A DNA stretch of 64,000 nt from Owenia fusiformis (taxonomy: Eukaryota), in contig CAIIXF020000001.1 of NCBI GenBank assembly GCA_903813345.2, forward strand, positions 1,116,001 to 1,180,000, in the 5' to 3' direction. The notes below the pieces were generated by a model. It made no database searches and was not told the DNA's origin. It worked only from the letters and a program-made list of their open reading frames with translations. Position numbers and translations under genes: made by a program. How positions within the stretch are numbered: position 1 is the first letter of the stretch; each line of letters opens with the position of its first letter. Below are positions 62,906 through 64,000 of the stretch, one piece after another.

Positions 62906-64000
62906 GTAGATAGTACTAAAATTTGGGAAAATATTACAAATTTTATTAAATATTGGTAATTGTAAAAAATTACATACCCCCCATGGTCAGAATGAATCAT
63001 TTTTAGGTGTAACATGAAGAATACAATGTCACATAAAACTTTGGAAAATATTTAAGTGTTTGGACCCACATGGGCTGAGGTTGAGGTCATAAAGGAGCAG
63101 AACCAAAATTTCCTTTGTATAACTGTAATATTGAGAGGTCTAAGAAAATGTTGTATATGCTATTTTGTTCCAACAATGTTCGGAAAGACATTTTATTTCA
63201 TTCTCAAGAATTGGTAGAAAGGAACAAAAAACAATTGCACTAAAAAACAAAAAATGTTAACAAAAACAGTTATATAAAATATATATAAATAATTTTTGCA
63301 TTACATTGTTGCCAATCAGTCAACATTACATAAAAGCACCGTGTTTTTTACAGAATGTTTTCAATAATTGGTTTAAGATAAAAACATTGTTGAATTCAGT
63401 TCACCATATCGATACCTACCTATCCTTTCAGCAAGGGTGTATTGACTTGACATGGGATGTGCTCCATTGACTTAACATGTGGATATCATCATATTCCAAT
63501 AGAGGCCGTTGGTTTCTATTGATTATCACAAAAATACCCAAAGTATACTATGACCTGAATCAATTGCAAAATAAATAATTTTACTGAATATGACATCAAA
63601 TGTGCAAATATGGAGTTTGCAATAGACTACATGCGAGTAGAAATAATCTTGATTTACGTCATTAATATTCAAAATTCAGTCAAAGAGATGTCATATTTGA
63701 AATCTGCATGTAAATGTACATCTAGAAATATGGTTTCGAAAATTGTCTATCAACTTTGAAAACTTAATTTTTTTTGAAAATGTGACCTCTTGTTCGGGTT
63801 GATTCCTCATAGACCCCATGTTAGAAAATCACAAAAAGTGAATTATCTTTTCTTGTATTGGACAGATAACATTTTCTTTTACTGGACATATTTTAATTTG
63901 CATACCTATTAGATACATAAGGGTTATATGAAAATTGAACCACGCAAATAGATGTAATTTAAGTTAAAGGGAACTTTCTACTATACCCGCCATGCTATCT

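Overview
AT-rich, repeat-dense animal DNA with spliceosomal introns. It looks like a marine invertebrate, probably lophotrochozoan, but the species cannot be fixed from sequence alone. Six protein-coding loci can be supported; the spliced ones were assembled by hand and are mostly or entirely missed by the ORF track: (1) a 4-exon secreted protein with two chitin-binding peritrophin-A/CBM14-like domains (3246-6969 +); (2) an intronless B4GALNT1/2-like glycosyltransferase (15586-16767 -); (3) a 3-exon, 83-aa secreted 8-Cys three-finger/Ly6-like peptide (24610-26242 -); (4) a complete 10-exon SLC12A9 (34897-45872 -) with a U12-type intron and a six-copy tandem array of its own exon-7 acceptor; (5) ANKRD29 (from 46514 +, running off the window), head-to-head with SLC12A9 across a promoter with CLEAR-like and ETS motifs; (6) an intronless gene nested antisense in an ANKRD29 intron (60939-61970 -) that joins an animal-style membrane anchor and Cys-rich stem to a bacterial-type CstII(GT42)/Maf-like domain. 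Locus 6 is the best candidate for an undescribed system: a possibly horizontally acquired sialic/nonulosonic-acid transferase. The rest is nested non-autonomous DNA transposons (Tc1/mariner, hAT, Kolobok, Transib-like, Academ-like, Helentron/HINE-like, hairpin-tipped elements) and minisatellites. All family calls come from motif recognition by eye; no searches were run.
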